64,000 bases of DNA from Octopus sinensis (GCF_006345805.1 NC_042997.1:173910001-173974000), one strand, 5' to 3'. Positions 38,360 through 52,542 are shown, counted from the stretch's first letter. The notes: generated by a model not told the origin, from the letters alone. A program made the numbers and translations.

Positions 38360-39224
38360 GTTATTTGAATCGTCACGGTAGACTGAATAATATTGTTTAT
38401 GATTAGTAATGGTATATGTCTAGGCGAGTGGGTAACAGGTTATGATTGGGTAAGGTATAGTAAGCAAATATAATTAGGGTAATGAAGAGTCAATAAATAG
38501 AGATTGAAGATTAGATTACAATGTGAGAAAATGTACAATATGAATGAGGTGAGAAATTAAATTACGTATGTAGGTAATATATAAAATTGAGAAAAACTTA
38601 CCTATGTATAAAAATACACCCATACTTACTACAACGTGATCATACATTAATCTGTTAATTCAGTATATATACATATATACACACATACATGTAAAAATAT
38701 ATATACACATATATATAAATATATATATACATATACATATATATACGCACATATACATACACGCATACATACATACATCTGTATATATAATATATATATA
38801 TATATATATAGTTATTTGAATCGTCACGGTAGACTGAATAATATTGTTTATGATTAGTAATGGTATATGTCTAGGCGAGGTGTGGGTAACAGGTTTATGA
38901 TGGTAAGGTTATAGTAAGCAAATATAATTAGGGTAATGAAGAGTCAATAAATAGAGATTGAAGATTAGATTACAATGTGAGTAAAGTACAATATGAATGA
39001 GGTGAGAAATTAAATTACGTATGTAGGTAATATATAAAATTGAGAAAAACTTACCTATGTATAAAAATACACCCATACTTACTACAACGTGATCATATTA
39101 ATCTGTTAATTCAGTATATACATATATACACACATACATGTAAAAATATATATACACATATATATAAATATATATATACATATACATATATATACGCACA
39201 TATACATACACGCATACATACATA

Positions 39225-39240
<16 letters not shown>
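38352..39240. repeat. Tandem duplication, ~451-bp unit x2
   Basis: GTTATTTGAATCGTCACGG at 38360 and 38811; copies differ mostly by small indels. Confidence 0.92.
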
Positions 39241-39270
<30 letters not shown>

Positions 39271-40304
39271 TGGGACATTTGCAATTATTTACATGCATTT
39301 ACACATAAATACCTACATATAATCATATATACACAATATATCTTCGCACGTATGCACATTTATAGTCATTTACACACATATATACACAACCACACATACG
39401 TACATATGCATATATAATCATACCATGCATATTATACACACATGCACGCACACATGAATATTCACGTATACATACACACACATATACATGTGTATACACA
39501 TGCACACAAACACATATACGCATACAAATATACACATACGTACACATACGTAAATATATTTACACTATCAATCAATTCATCACCCCTAATAGAAAACTGA
39601 TATAGATCGTTTAAGTTCAGTTAAAATTTGATTGGTTAGTGAAATTATAAATATTTTTTCAAACCAAATAGCGTTTCAAGCGAATTTGGACATGCATACC
39701 GGTTTATTTAGATTTGTTTTCAATAATTGATTAAAATTTTATCTTTAGTTTCACTTAAGCTATTCTGATGTAAGAGGGGAGAGAATTGTGTAAAATATTC
39801 ATATGAATTTATTTTAAATTCATATTTATGTAGAAATAAGCGCATGAGAGCGCATAATTGTTAACATTTAATCATAAAAGTAAGTTTAAGTGAATAATGA
39901 AACAGGTAATTAGTTAAATGGTAACTTATTGATTGGTATTGATTAGAACGGTATATATTAATGTACGTACATATACATACAACAAATATAGAAATGTTAG
40001 TGCTCGCACACACATATGCACACATACATTTATACTTACTAGTAAAATTGTGAAAAGTACAGATAATAATCAATAGGAAACTGCAGACTTAGATCATGCA
40101 TATACGCACATACATACATACATATAAATGTAAGTTTAAATAGAAATAGTTAAGAAATATACATGCATTCGTACATATATAGAGGTAAGAAATTCACATC
40201 CATATAGGCACCCATAAACACATACATGTATAAGCACATACATAGATATATATATATACATATACATATATATACGCACATATACATACACGCATACATA
40301 CATA

Positions 40305-40350
<46 letters not shown>

Positions 40351-41330
40351 TGGGACATTTGCAATTATTTACATGCATTTACACATAAATACCTACATAT
40401 AATCATATATACACAATATATCTTCGCACGTATGCACATTTATAGTCATTTACACACATATATACACACGCACACATACGTACATATGCATATATATACA
40501 TACATATGCATATATATACACACATACACGCACACATGAATATTCACGTATACATACACACACATATACATGTGTATACACATGCACACAAACACATATA
40601 CGCATACAAATATACACATACGTACACATACGTAAATATATTTACACTATCAATCAATTCATCACCCCTAATAGAAAACTGATATAGATCGTTTAAGTTC
40701 AGTTAAAATTTGATTGGTTAGTGAAATATAAATATTTTTTCAAACCAAATAGCGTTTCAAGCGAATTTGGACATGCATACCGGTTTATTTAGATTTGTTT
40801 TCAATAATTGATTAAAATTTTATCTTTAGTTTCACTTAAGCTATTCTGATGTAAGAGGGGAGAGAATTGTGTAAAATATTCATATGAATTTATTTTAAAT
40901 TCATATTTATGTAGAAATAAGCGCATGAGAGCGCATAAATGTTAACATTTAATCATAAAAGTAAGTTTAAGTGAATAATGAAACAGGTAATTAGTTAAAT
41001 GGTAACTTATTGATTGGTATTGATTAGAACGGTATATATTAATGTACGTACATATATATACACAAATATAGAAATGTTAGTGCTCGCACACACATATGCA
41101 CACATACATTTATACTTACTAGTAAAATTGTGAAAAGTACAGATAATAATCAAATAGGAAACTGCAGACTTAGAAGCATGCATATACGCACATACATACA
41201 TATAAATGTAAGTTTAAATAGAAATAGTTAAGAAATATACATGCATTCGTACATATATAGAGGTAAGAAATTCACATCCATATAGGCACCCCTAAACACA
41301 TACATGTATAAGCACATACAGATATATAAT
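39170..41330. repeat. Tandem duplication, ~1080-bp unit x2
   Basis: CAGTGGGACATTTGC at 39268 and 40348; near-identical through to ~40250 and ~41330. Confidence 0.92.
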
Positions 41331-41460
41331 ATATACATACACATCAACATAACTGGATACAAACATATACGCATAAACGCACATACGCAAGTGTGTGTTA
41401 TCATACATACATATATACATATACGTACACACGTACGTACGTACGTACGTATATATATAT

Positions 41461-41508
<48 letters not shown>

Positions 41509-41548
41509 CAGACATACATATATCTATATACACACACACATACACCTA

Positions 41549-41891
41549 GGGCAAGTGTCTTCAATTATAGCTTCGGGCCGACCAAAGCCTTGTGAGGGGA
41601 TTTGGTAGACGGAAACTGAAAGAAGCTCGTCGTATATGTGTATATATATATAGATGTATGTGTGTGTTTTTGTGTCTTTGTTTGTCCTCCCCCCAATATC
41701 GCTTGACAACCGATGCTGGTGTGTTTACGTCTCCGTAACTTAGCGGTTCGGCAAAAGATACCGATAGAATAAATACTAGGCTGACAAAGAATAAGTCCTG
41801 GGGTCGATTTGCTAGACAAAAGGCGGTGCTCCAACATTTGGCCACAGTCACATGAATGAAACAAGTAAAAGGCTAAAAGAGTAAAAGAGTA
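41549..41891 (+). mobile_element. SINE family B, 5'-truncated
   Basis: GGGCAAGTGTCTTC...GACGGAAACTGAAAGAAG...(TA/TG)n...GTAAAAGAGTA. Confidence 0.92.
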
Positions 41892-42100
41892 TCACTGAAG
41901 TCATGACGAAAGCATTTTTCTGTACACATATCAATATAAACATATGCATATATGTTTACATGGGCCCTTGCACGCGCACACGCAAACACATGTGCACATA
42001 TGCATCTGTACTGGGAATTCATACACACACACAGTCACATTTATATACATGCATATATGCATGTATATTAAAATAAATAGTAAATGTATAAAATATATAG

Positions 42101-42485
42101 ATACTAGCAGTATCGCCCGGCGTTGCTCGGGTTTGTAAGGGAAATAACTATAAAGCATTTTTAGAGAGTTATAGCCAAAAAATAGCAAAAAAATGGAAAA
42201 AAATGATGGTAAATTTTTTGAGAGTTAAAAAGGTCGAGTTGCGTCCCCTAGACAGTCTGTGGTTTGTGTTTCTGATTCTCGACCCCATGTCGAATTTATC
42301 GATTTTTTCAGAACTGGGGGGACTTTTCAAAATTTTCGCTGCGTTAGTTTTGAATTATGACATTGGGCTATGTGTGTGTCAAGTTTCATCAGAATCGGTT
42401 GAAAGCCGTGGTCAGGGTGAGGGTACAACCTAACAGACACACAGACACGCAGACAGACAAACTGCCGTTTATATATAGAGAGATA
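42101..42485 (+). mobile_element. Non-autonomous Helitron/Helentron-like element (TACTAG...TATATATAGAG type)
   Basis: 5' ATACTAGCAGTATCGCCCGGCGTTGCTCGGG hairpin, internal CAAGTTTCATCAGAATCGG, (ACAG)n-like tract, 3' TTTATATATAGAGAGAT; no TIR or TSD. Confidence 0.65.
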
Positions 42486-42977
42486 AAGATGTGAGTGCAT
42501 ATCAGGCAATTTTTTGTTGTTATGGAAGTGTTGATATGGTTATTACTGAAAAGTAGTTTTCTGAATAATGTTCAAACCGATGTATGTGCTACCACTTGGA
42601 TCTATTCAAAAGTTATGATAAAAATCAAATAGTTATAAAATTTAGGAATTTTGTATGCTCTAATGTTGGTGGAATGTTACTCCTGATGGATAGAGTAGGC
42701 TAGTTATAATGGAGGATTGGTATAAAGAGATACTAATTATAGGTGTAATGAAGGTATGATATAATGATAAAAATTTTAAAATATAAATATAATTAAATAA
42801 TCAGCATGAATATATTCATAAAAAAAGAAATTATAAAGATATAAAATATATCAATATAAATATAAAAATATGGGTGCATATCAGATCTTATATTGTTGTT
42901 AAAGATGTGTTAACATGGTTAATAATGAAAAGTATATTCTGATGTGTCTGGGGAGAGTTATTTTCTTTTTGTGGCTC

Positions 42978-43116
42978 ATAATGTAACACTCACCGGTAAA
43001 ATTCCACTTATTTCTTTTTTTTTATTTCCTGAAAATGTTGCAAGACGCAAAGAAAATTTTAGGAAAATAAAAATAAGAAATAAGTGGAAATTTTACCGGT
43101 GAGTGTGTTACATTAT
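42978..43116. repeat. Inverted repeat, ~60-bp arms, downstream of the Penelope ORF
   Basis: ATAATGTAACACTCACCGGTAAAATTCCACTTATTTC... versus ...GAAATAAGTGGAAATTTTACCGGTGAGTGTGTTACATTAT. Confidence 0.85.
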
Positions 43117-43499
43117 AGGGCACAACAGAATATACTTCAACACACGAACTCATATAAAGAATCTTGCAAATCAAATCCAAAAATGAAAAGTAGTTGTATG
43201 AATAATAGTCAAACACATATGAATATTACCAAGTGTGTCTATTCAAAATTTTAAATGATCGTTAACAGTTATAAAGGTTAACAAAAATAAAGCTCAAATG
43301 TTTGTAGAAGGCTATTCATGGTGTGTACAAGATATTAATTACTATAGGTGATTTTTATAAAATCATGCTAACAGTAGGTGTAATATAGGTGTAATAGAGG
43401 TAGAAATTAATACTAAAGGTAGTTTAGGTAGGTAATAATAATTGGGGTGGTAATTTATATTAGTGGAGCTAGTGATTTAAAGAGAATATACAGGTATTG

Positions 43500-45120
43500 C
43501 AGTGAAAGAGATAATAAATTCATTATCTAAATTTGGAAAATACATATCTCCCCGCATGAACATAGGAAATACTTTTCTCATTTCTCAGATTGAGTAGGGT
43601 ATTCTTAGATGAAATAATAAAAAAAAAAGCCTCAGTTATAGAAAGAAATAATTTTTTTATTATTGACTTTGTAGGCCGGAGCGGAAGCAATGATGTCCCA
43701 TTTAATATCAAACTCAATATAATTATCTTTTGATTCCCATATAAATTTACTTAATCCAGTGGAATTAGCATTCTGTCTATTCCTAAAATATTCGCCACCC
43801 TAGATTTAATCATATTTTCTGTTGAGCCAATATAAATTATTATTCCTTTCCTTGGGCTATAAAAGTGCAGTCGTATACCACACTTAATCTTTCACATGAA
43901 TTCTTAAAATTACAAGTATTTTTAACTCTACAATGACAATTTTCATAAATGTTGTTATGTGTGATTGTATTAGATGAAGAATAGTATTATTTCTTAAGGT
44001 TCCATTATTGGGATTTATATATAAGCAATTATTAGGGTTATTAGAATTTGGGGGATGTATTCTAAGACATGGTGAGTTATTAGGATTATTATTATTGGCA
44101 TTTCTATTAGTGTAGAATGTATTTAATTTCCTGTTGTTGATCGATGATATGATAGCGAATAAGTTAGAGGTTAGGCTAAAACCAATATTAACAGTTTTGT
44201 GGTTAATTACTTCATTATATCCTCACTGTTAAAGTGTTTATAGATGGCTTTGAATATAGGTTTAATAATGTTATTTTTAATTTGCATAGTGTATGGAGTA
44301 ATAAACCATATTTTATTAGATTTACCAGGGTGATTCCTATTTATAGGTACATTGTAATCTGTTTTTGATTTTCTATAGTTAATGGAATGTGTATGAACAC
44401 AATGTTTATTAATTATGTTATTATCATTGTAGTAATCATTACAGTTGTAAACTGGATGTTTTTAAAATTTTTCTTGAGTTTGTTACATGACTTAGTGTGG
44501 TTTTTCTATTATTATGTATACTATTATTAGTTTGATTTAAAGTGATCTTACGTTTTTTATCATTATCAATTTCTTGTTTATATGTATTTATACTTATATT
44601 TTAAGTAAGTTTAGCAGTTTTAGTTTTCCGTTTGTAATTAGTTGTGTTATCTTTATTAATGCTGCTAGGGTGGTAGTATTCTATTCTGTTTCTATATCCA
44701 GCGTTTGCTAGGGCTATATTGTAGTGGTTTGCATGTTTGTTAAATATTTCTTCATTCGAAGATAAATATGTTAGTCTTTTACTAATATTAAAGGCCAATG
44801 CGTTTTTAATTGATCTAGGATTATTGTTTTGGAAGTTGATATAGCTTAGATTTGAATTGGGTTTTCTGAAGAGTTCATGTAATCCTGTAGATAAATTAAA
44901 GTTAACATTTAAAAAACTAATTGAATTATTATCCCTCTCAATAGTTATGGAAAGACTATGTCTTTTGAAAAAAATGTAAACATTTTTTTAAATTAGTTCT
45001 AATCTATTAGATGTATTTTTATGGTCCCTATACAGTCCACCAATGATTTCAGGTAATTTATCACACATGGGACTTGTCATATGTGGTGCAGTATCTCACA
45101 TGGTGAATAAGTTTCACATA
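43500..45120 (-). mobile_element. Penelope-like element: RT C-terminal half plus GIY-YIG endonuclease (decayed)
   Basis: Minus strand gives IGGLYRD...SFLNVNFNL...FRKPNSNLSYINFQNNNPRSIK..LAFNISKRL..LSSNEEIF...YN.AL..AGY, the linker W..TPY, C.C....C..SC, VVY.C, YIGSTE..FKSR, NSTGLSKFIWESKD..IKWDIIASAPAY..LLNLRNE, with stops and frameshifts. Confidence 0.88.
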
Positions 45121-45354
45121 TACTCTCTAACAAACAGTAGTATTATACAAAAGAAGTTGCGATATGAATCAATGTATCTTGATATCGAGTTTTTTTAAGA
45201 TCGAAGATCCGATCTAGATGCTCGGAACAGAGTGAACTTCCTTAAAGGCCGACAAGGGCCTGTTGAGCGTGTTCGACTGAGTGACGGTTAAGTCAATAGT
45301 GTAAGCAATGCAATTGAGCATTTAATATCGAACACAATTCAAATGGACACAAGC

Positions 45355-45705
45355 AAGAAATATAGCCATATGTATGCGTGACTGTGTTAAAAACTTCAGT
45401 GCTACTGTGTGGTATCTTTGGCTAGTGTCTTTTGCCACAGCCTCGGACCGACCAAAGCCTTCTGGGTGGTTTTGACAGACAGAAACTGAAAGAAGTTTGT
45501 CGTATACATTGTGTGTGTGTGCGCGCGCGTGTATTTATGTATGTGAGTGTTTAGGTCTCTGTAAAACTAGCGGTTCGGCAAAAAACATACAATAAGTACA
45601 AGGCTTAAAAAACAAATACTGAGGAAGATTTGCTCGACTAGATCCTTCAAGATGGTGCCCCAGCACGGCTGCAGTCTAATGACTGAAACAAATAAACTAT
45701 AAAAG
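45355..45705 (+). mobile_element. SINE family B, diverged copy
   Basis: GCCTCGGACCGACCAAAGCC...ACAGAAACTGAAAGAAG...TAGCGGTTCGGCAAAA...GCAGTCTAATGACTGAAACAA. Confidence 0.8.
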
Positions 45706-45904
45706 ATATCTAGCTACCTATGTGTCTTTTATTTTATTTATTCATTTATAATTTTTTTTGTTCTTTTCTTCCCTTTTACGATCCCTCTTGATCGAAAACC
45801 TACGCCACCCCCTTTTTTTTTTGTTTTCTTCATCCCCCAAAAGAAAAGCTCTACCTTGTAACTTGTCCCATCTGTGTGCAGCCCTGTGTGGCCAATAAAG
45901 AAAC

Positions 45905-45960
<56 letters not shown>

Positions 45961-45961
45961 A

Positions 45962-45994
<33 letters not shown>

Positions 45995-46059
45995 ATATAT
46001 ATATATATATATATATATTCTGTCGCATGTATGTGTGCATGTATGTACATACATGCATA

Positions 46060-46500
46060 TATAATTTCCCATAGTAGCAATGATATAAATCGTAATTCGC
46101 TTTCTGGTGGCAAATATTTTACCTATAAAATTTATAACACTCATAAATAAATGACAATAAAACAACAGCAGGATGTAACGAATATTTTATGGGAAATAAA
46201 AAGAAAGTCAAGATCATTTATAATAAAAAAAAAATTATTATTATTATTATCGTTTTCTGAATCAATTTCATTCGCACTAGGCTCGCGCGCACCATCACTT
46301 GTAGACGCGATCGCCGATTCACAAGCACCTGTAGACGAATTTGTAGATTTCTTTAAAAAAAAAACAAGTCTAGAGTTGTTTGCATAGAAGATTTTTTCGC
46401 TCTCTATAAATTTCTCGGTAACACGCAGAAGCATTTGTCATGGTAGTAGAAACTTTTGCACTTCGTTCAAAATTTGGATTTTGTGCATTTATAATAAAAT
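46060..46500 (-). mobile_element. pogo/Tigger-like transposase C-terminal remnant
   Basis: Minus strand NPNFERSAKVSTTMTNASACYREIYRERK..., then after a frameshift QTTLDLFF, matching the recalled Tigger C-terminal motif DPN.ER..KV...CYR.IY.EKK..QTSLD.FF. Confidence 0.7.
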
Positions 46501-46549
46501 AAAACTCGTAAAATGTATCCTCGTAAAAGGCGTATTATTATACATACAT

Positions 46550-46830
<281 letters not shown>

Positions 46831-46831
46831 T

Positions 46832-47063
46832 AAGGCGGCGAGCTGGCAGAACCGTTAGCACGCAGTGCGAAATACGTAGCCGTATTTCATCTGCCGTTAC
46901 ATTCTGAGTTCAAATTCCGCCGAGGTCGACTTTACCTTTCATCCATTTGAGGTCGATAAATTAAGTACCAGTTACGCACTGGGGTCGATGTAATCGACTT
47001 AATTCGTTTGTCTGTCCTTGTTTGTCCCCTCTATGTTTAGCCCCTTGTGGGTAATAAAGAAAT
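46832..47063 (+). mobile_element. SINE family A (A1, full length)
   Basis: AAGGCGGCGAGCTGGCAGAACCGTTAGC...GTGGGTAATAAAGAAAT. Confidence 0.93.
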
Positions 47064-47696
47064 ATATATATATATATATATACAAGCATGAAAATATGTA
47101 TATTCAGAAGCGAGCTCCGCAATGAAAAAGAAATATTGGTGTAACATACTTAACATATGTGTTCAGGCGAAAAGTCAGAGGCTGCAGTTTTTATCCAGAA
47201 AAATAGCTTTATAGACATATGGTGTTGAAACACACAATGTACTTCAGAGCTTAGCAAAACGAAATCGCACCGAAATTACGGGAATGCCACAGATACGAAT
47301 TTCGCCGTTTTTGTGAATTCTCCATATCACGCACCCGTTTCACGTCAGAAACGAAATCGAATCTTTTAGTCTGAAGTTTATAGACATAATATATAAACTA
47401 TACCCTTATTTGCAAGTGCGCTACATGAGCAGAATAATTTCGATTTAGCAACAGAAGCAACGCTACATTAAAACTTTGTCAATATAGTTACACCGGCGGT
47501 GCTCCAGCACAGCCACAGCCTTAAGGCTGAAACATATATAAGAATAAAAGAATAGTATGTTAAATGTATTATATTGATAAAGTTTATACATATGCATAGG
47601 TACGTACATACATATATACATACACGCACATACATACATGCACATACAAATACACAAACGCAAGCATAAATGAAGATAAATTTTGATACGCATAGC

Positions 47697-47850
47697 ATAC
47701 GGAAAGTAGTCTTAATAAGAACTGCCCACACCTTACATAGAGTAACCGTCATTCAAGAGTAAATATGGAAACAAAACAGAGAAGTTCACATATCCAGTAT
47801 GTACAGAAATGCACTCGGTAGTAAAGTGAAGGTGCGATTAAAATAATTAT
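47697..47850 (+). mobile_element. R4/Dong-like 3' end fragment no. 1
   Basis: IRKVVLIRTAHTLHRVTVIQE* is homologous to the end of the 48580-48819 ORF; 3' UTR GCACTCGGTAGTAAAGTGAAGG; followed by (TAA)n. Confidence 0.7.
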
Positions 47851-47852
47851 AA

Positions 47853-47926
<74 letters not shown>

Positions 47927-47940
47927 AAATAATAATAATA

Positions 47941-48912
47941 ATACAAACAAGGAATCATACCACCTAATAAACATGAAGAAGAAGAACAAGATGAAGAAAC
48001 AACAAAAGCTATAAAACAAATGAAATCCAAACTAAAAATAGAAGAGCAACGAACCATGATAAAACGATGGCAAGAAAAGCCCCTTCATGGTAAATACTGG
48101 AAAACTAACGCAAAAGAAATAGACAAAGAAAAATCCCAGCAATGGTTGAGAAGCTCAGGACTCAAAGCAGAAACAGAGGGATTTTTAATTGCAGCACAAG
48201 ACCAAAGCCTCCCCACCAGAAATTACCAAAAACATGTAATGAAAAGAATATTACAAGTAACTGCAGAATATGTGGAGATGGACAAGAAACAATAAATCAT
48301 ATATCTCTAGCTGCCCGTCCTGGCTAAGAAGGATATACAGACATGACAGAGTTGGAACCTACATACATGGAAGCTATGCCAACATTATGAATAACAACAG
48401 AAAAAAGATGGTATAGGCACACACCAGAAAAGGTCACAGAAAACGAGAAGCAACCATACTCTGGGATATGCCGATACACACAGATAGAGAAATTAAGGCC
48501 AACAGACCAGATATAGTTGTCAGAGACCATGAAGAAAAAAATGCTTTCTAATTGATTATCAATACCGGCTGATGACAACGTGTCTCTAAAAGAAATGGAG
48601 AAACTCTCAAAATACAAAGACCTGGAAATAGAGGTAACTAGAATGTGGAATCTGAAAACAGAAACAATTCCTATCATAGTAGGTGCATTAGGCATGATAA
48701 AAAAATATTCAGACAAATACATAACAAAAACACCAGGACTTACAAACACATATAACATACAGAAAATTGCACTACTAGGCACTGCACACATCCTACGCAG
48801 AACACTTTCCATACAATAACCATCAGAGCATCACAACAAATCACAGCACATACCCAGGCACACAGAGCTGCGCTCGGTAGTGAAGTGAAAGCACGCTATA
48901 AAAATAAAACTA

Positions 48913-48915
<3 letters not shown>
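47941..48915 (+). mobile_element. R4/Dong-clade non-LTR retrotransposon, 5'-truncated (CCHC finger plus restriction-like endonuclease)
   Basis: PLHGKYW...SSGLKAETEGFLIAAQDQSLPTRNY; CRICGDGQETINHI.SSC (C-x2-C-x8-H-x4-C); RPDIVVRD...LID.SIP...KEMEKLSKYKDL...IIVGALG..LLGTAHILRR; several frameshifts; (TAA)n on both sides. Confidence 0.92.
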
Positions 48916-48982
<67 letters not shown>

Positions 48983-49009
48983 GTAATAATAATAATAATG
49001 ATAATGATA

Positions 49010-49453
49010 AGGTATGGTTATTAATTGACATGAATATTCTTTGCGATCACAATATAGCGTCGAAAGAATTTCACAAGATCAGTAAATATGAAGACTTGCT
49101 AATAGAAATTAAAAAATGTGGCATCTCAAGGCGACTACAGTACCACTGATTGTGGGATCTTTAGGAATGATAAAAAATAGGTACTGAAACCTATTTGAAA
49201 ATGATACCAGGCTTACCATTCCTACAGGAAGAGCAAAAAAACGTGTTAATTAGAACGGCTCATGTACTGAGAAGAGCATTATTGCTTTGAAAACAACATC
49301 CATTTATGAATTTAATTATTTATTAATTTTTTAAATACATATTTTACCTGTAAATTTGCGTGTGTAATCTGAGAATGTATACAATGAGCTTCTCTGCCCT
49401 AGGGTGTACGGAAAACACTCGGCGAGAAATGGAAGAAAATTTGAAGAAGGAAA
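49010..49453 (+). mobile_element. R4/Dong-like 3' fragment no. 3 (different subfamily)
   Basis: LLIDMNILCDHNIASKEFHKISKYEDLLIEI..MWHLKATTVPLIVGSLGMIK...LIRTAHVLRRALLL*; tail GCCCTAGG..ACACTCGGCGAGAAATGGAAG; then (TAA)n. Confidence 0.85.
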
Positions 49454-49478
49454 AATAATAATAATAATAATAATAATA

Positions 49479-49513
<35 letters not shown>

Positions 49514-49517
49514 TAAT

Positions 49518-49588
49518 TTCTTTGCCCTAGGAGTCGGGAAGACACTCGGCAAGAAATGGAAGCAAATTTGAAAGAAGAAGAAAAAAAG
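49518..49588 (+). mobile_element. R4/Dong-like extreme 3' tail no. 4
   Basis: TTTGCCCTAGGAGTCGGGAAGACACTCGGCAAGAAATGGAAGCAAATTTGAAAG closely matches the tail of no. 3; between TAA runs. Confidence 0.8.
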
Positions 49589-49593
49589 ATAAC

Positions 49594-49632
<39 letters not shown>

Positions 49633-50419
49633 TAGAAGAAGAAGAAGAAGAAGAAGAAGAAGGACTACAACAACAGCAACAAAGGAAGGTGTAATAGTAG
49701 CAGCAGCAATAGTAGTAGTAGTAATAGAAGTGGTAGTAAGCAGCAGCAGCAGTATTATTATTATTACTATTATTATTATTATTAGTAGTAGTAGTAGTAG
49801 TAGTAGTAGGAGTTTATGAAGAACAATTTGATTAATAACAATAACAAAGTATAATACTAATTGTAATAACTCTATTGATAATAATAATTTCTTGAACTGC
49901 TTTTTAGTTTAAAACTTTCCCGTTAATCTTTATTCATTTGAAAAAGCTAAAAAAAAAAGGGAAGAAATGTAAATAAGTAGGGGGAAAAACCATGATGAAT
50001 GAAAGAAAAAATTAATTAAGGAAAGTCATCTGTTATTCATTTCTGAAATAATTCCTTTTCACTGATGATAATATTAAAATGTCAACTTCAATTTATTTTC
50101 TCTCCAACATGGCGGCAGCATTTTAAAATACACACACACACACATACATACATCATGAAGAATATCGACAATATGAAGGAAAAGAGACTGAGGAGACATT
50201 ACACAGACATACACACACACACTCATACACACACATGCACGTGTGCACGTGTGCACACGTACAAATTTACGTATACACACGTGCAAAACGCGCACGCACA
50301 TGTACAATACAGACTTAGGCGTACACGCTCAGGCATATACACATGCATGCATATACGTACAAATAAACACTCATATACACACACACATACATACACACAT
50401 ACATACATACATACATACA

Positions 50420-50450
<31 letters not shown>

Positions 50451-50549
50451 GTATCGTCTGCGGCAGTGTATGTGTGTATGAGTGTTTGTTTGTACTTATA
50501 TGCATGCATGTGTATATGCTTGAGCGCGTATGCGTAAATCTGTATATGT

Positions 50550-50623
<74 letters not shown>

Positions 50624-50752
50624 TATACATATGCAAATACGCAGACGCAGATATCCAGTCATAAATGTGTGCGTGGTGTATCGACCTATCTACATATGGT
50701 ATATATATATATACATATATATGCACACTTACATAATCAAGTACATCACCGC

Positions 50753-50786
<34 letters not shown>

Positions 50787-50831
50787 GCACACATATAGAT
50801 AGAAATACATATATATATATATATATATATA

Positions 50832-50881
<50 letters not shown>

Positions 50882-51354
50882 ATGTATGTATGTGTGTGTG
50901 TATGTATGTATGTATGTATGTATACAAATATGCGGCAACTTATTCATTCATATGCAAATATTCGTATATCTATGTTTAGATTCTAACGTTTTATATATTT
51001 CGAATATATTTTCTATTATTATTTTGCTAAGTTCATTTTATATACATACACACACACACATATATATATATATATATCTGCTATTAGTGTTGCAGTTTAT
51101 CTCTATTTATTGTTGCATTTAGCTGTTTGTGTATTATCCGTTATTTGCTGCTACTGTTGATGTTGTTGTTGCCGATGTCGTTATTATTATTCATCTTGTT
51201 CGCCTTGTTCATGTTTTAAACACATTTGCCTACATGTATTTAAGACTTTCTTTAAATTAACATCAATAGAACGAAAGTGGCATCTGATGAGTCTAACGAA
51301 CGTATCCGACTCCCCAATAATTCTCCTGTCACCTTAAGCGTGCATTATCGGCAA

Positions 51355-51437
51355 CAGTATTATCATTATTATTATTATCATTATTATTATTATCATTATT
51401 ATTATTATCATTATTATTATTATCATTATTATTATTA

Positions 51438-51476
<39 letters not shown>

Positions 51477-51557
51477 TATTGTAATTATTATATCTTATTA
51501 TTATTATTATTATTATTATTATATTATTAATTATTATTATTGTTATTATTATTATTA

Positions 51558-51605
<48 letters not shown>

Positions 51606-51790
51606 TTGTTAGTTATTATTATTATTTATTATTATTATTATTATATTATTATTATTGTATTATTATTATTATTATTGTATTATTATTATTATTATTATTA
51701 TTATGTTATTATTATTATTATTATTGTAATTATTTATTAATATTATTATCATTATTATTATTATTATTGTTATTATCATATTATTATTAC
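51355..51790. repeat. (TAT)n/(TATCAT) microsatellite
   Basis: Direct observation. Confidence 0.95.
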
Positions 51791-52044
51791 TGTTGTTGTT
51801 GTTGTTTTTGTTGTTGTTGCTGCTGTTGTTTCATTGGTTCAGCATTGTTGTTGTTCTTAGTTTTTGGTGGTGGTGCTGGTGGGTCGTGCTGACGTTGTTT
51901 GCCGTTCATGTTTAACTACGTTTATTATTAATATTTATATCGTCAGTAACTTTCTCGCAATCATCGTCGTCGTCGTCGTCGCCATCGTCGTCGTCGTCGT
52001 CACCATCGTCATCATCATCGTCGCCGTCGTTCTCATCATCGTCG

Positions 52045-52087
<43 letters not shown>

Positions 52088-52168
52088 TCATCATCAGAAT
52101 TATTTCAAATGACTTCATTCGATTCATGTGTGTGTGAGTATGTATGTCTGTGTGTGCATGTCTGCGTT

Positions 52169-52202
<34 letters not shown>

Positions 52203-52237
52203 ATGTTTGTGTGTGTGTGTGTTTATGTATATATAAT

Positions 52238-52268
<31 letters not shown>

Positions 52269-52327
52269 GTATATATATATATATATATCATATATATATT
52301 ATAATATTTATATGTAAGATATATATA

Positions 52328-52358
<31 letters not shown>

Positions 52359-52542
52359 ATGTATTATTGTTATTATTTCAATGTTTGTATATTTTGTTTT
52401 TGATTTATCTATTTGTATTTCTTTTCAAAATTGATTCATTTATTTCATGCATTTTATTCTATCACATTTATTTATTTATTTATTTATTTATATGCATTTC
52501 TATGGCGTTGGAGTAGTTTTCATTTTTAAGCTCTTAATTGTT

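Noticed and set aside
43024-43066. Hammerhead-like CTGAAAA...GAAAATT inside the 43-kb fold-back
   Set aside because: G8 missing and stem I does not pair in register.
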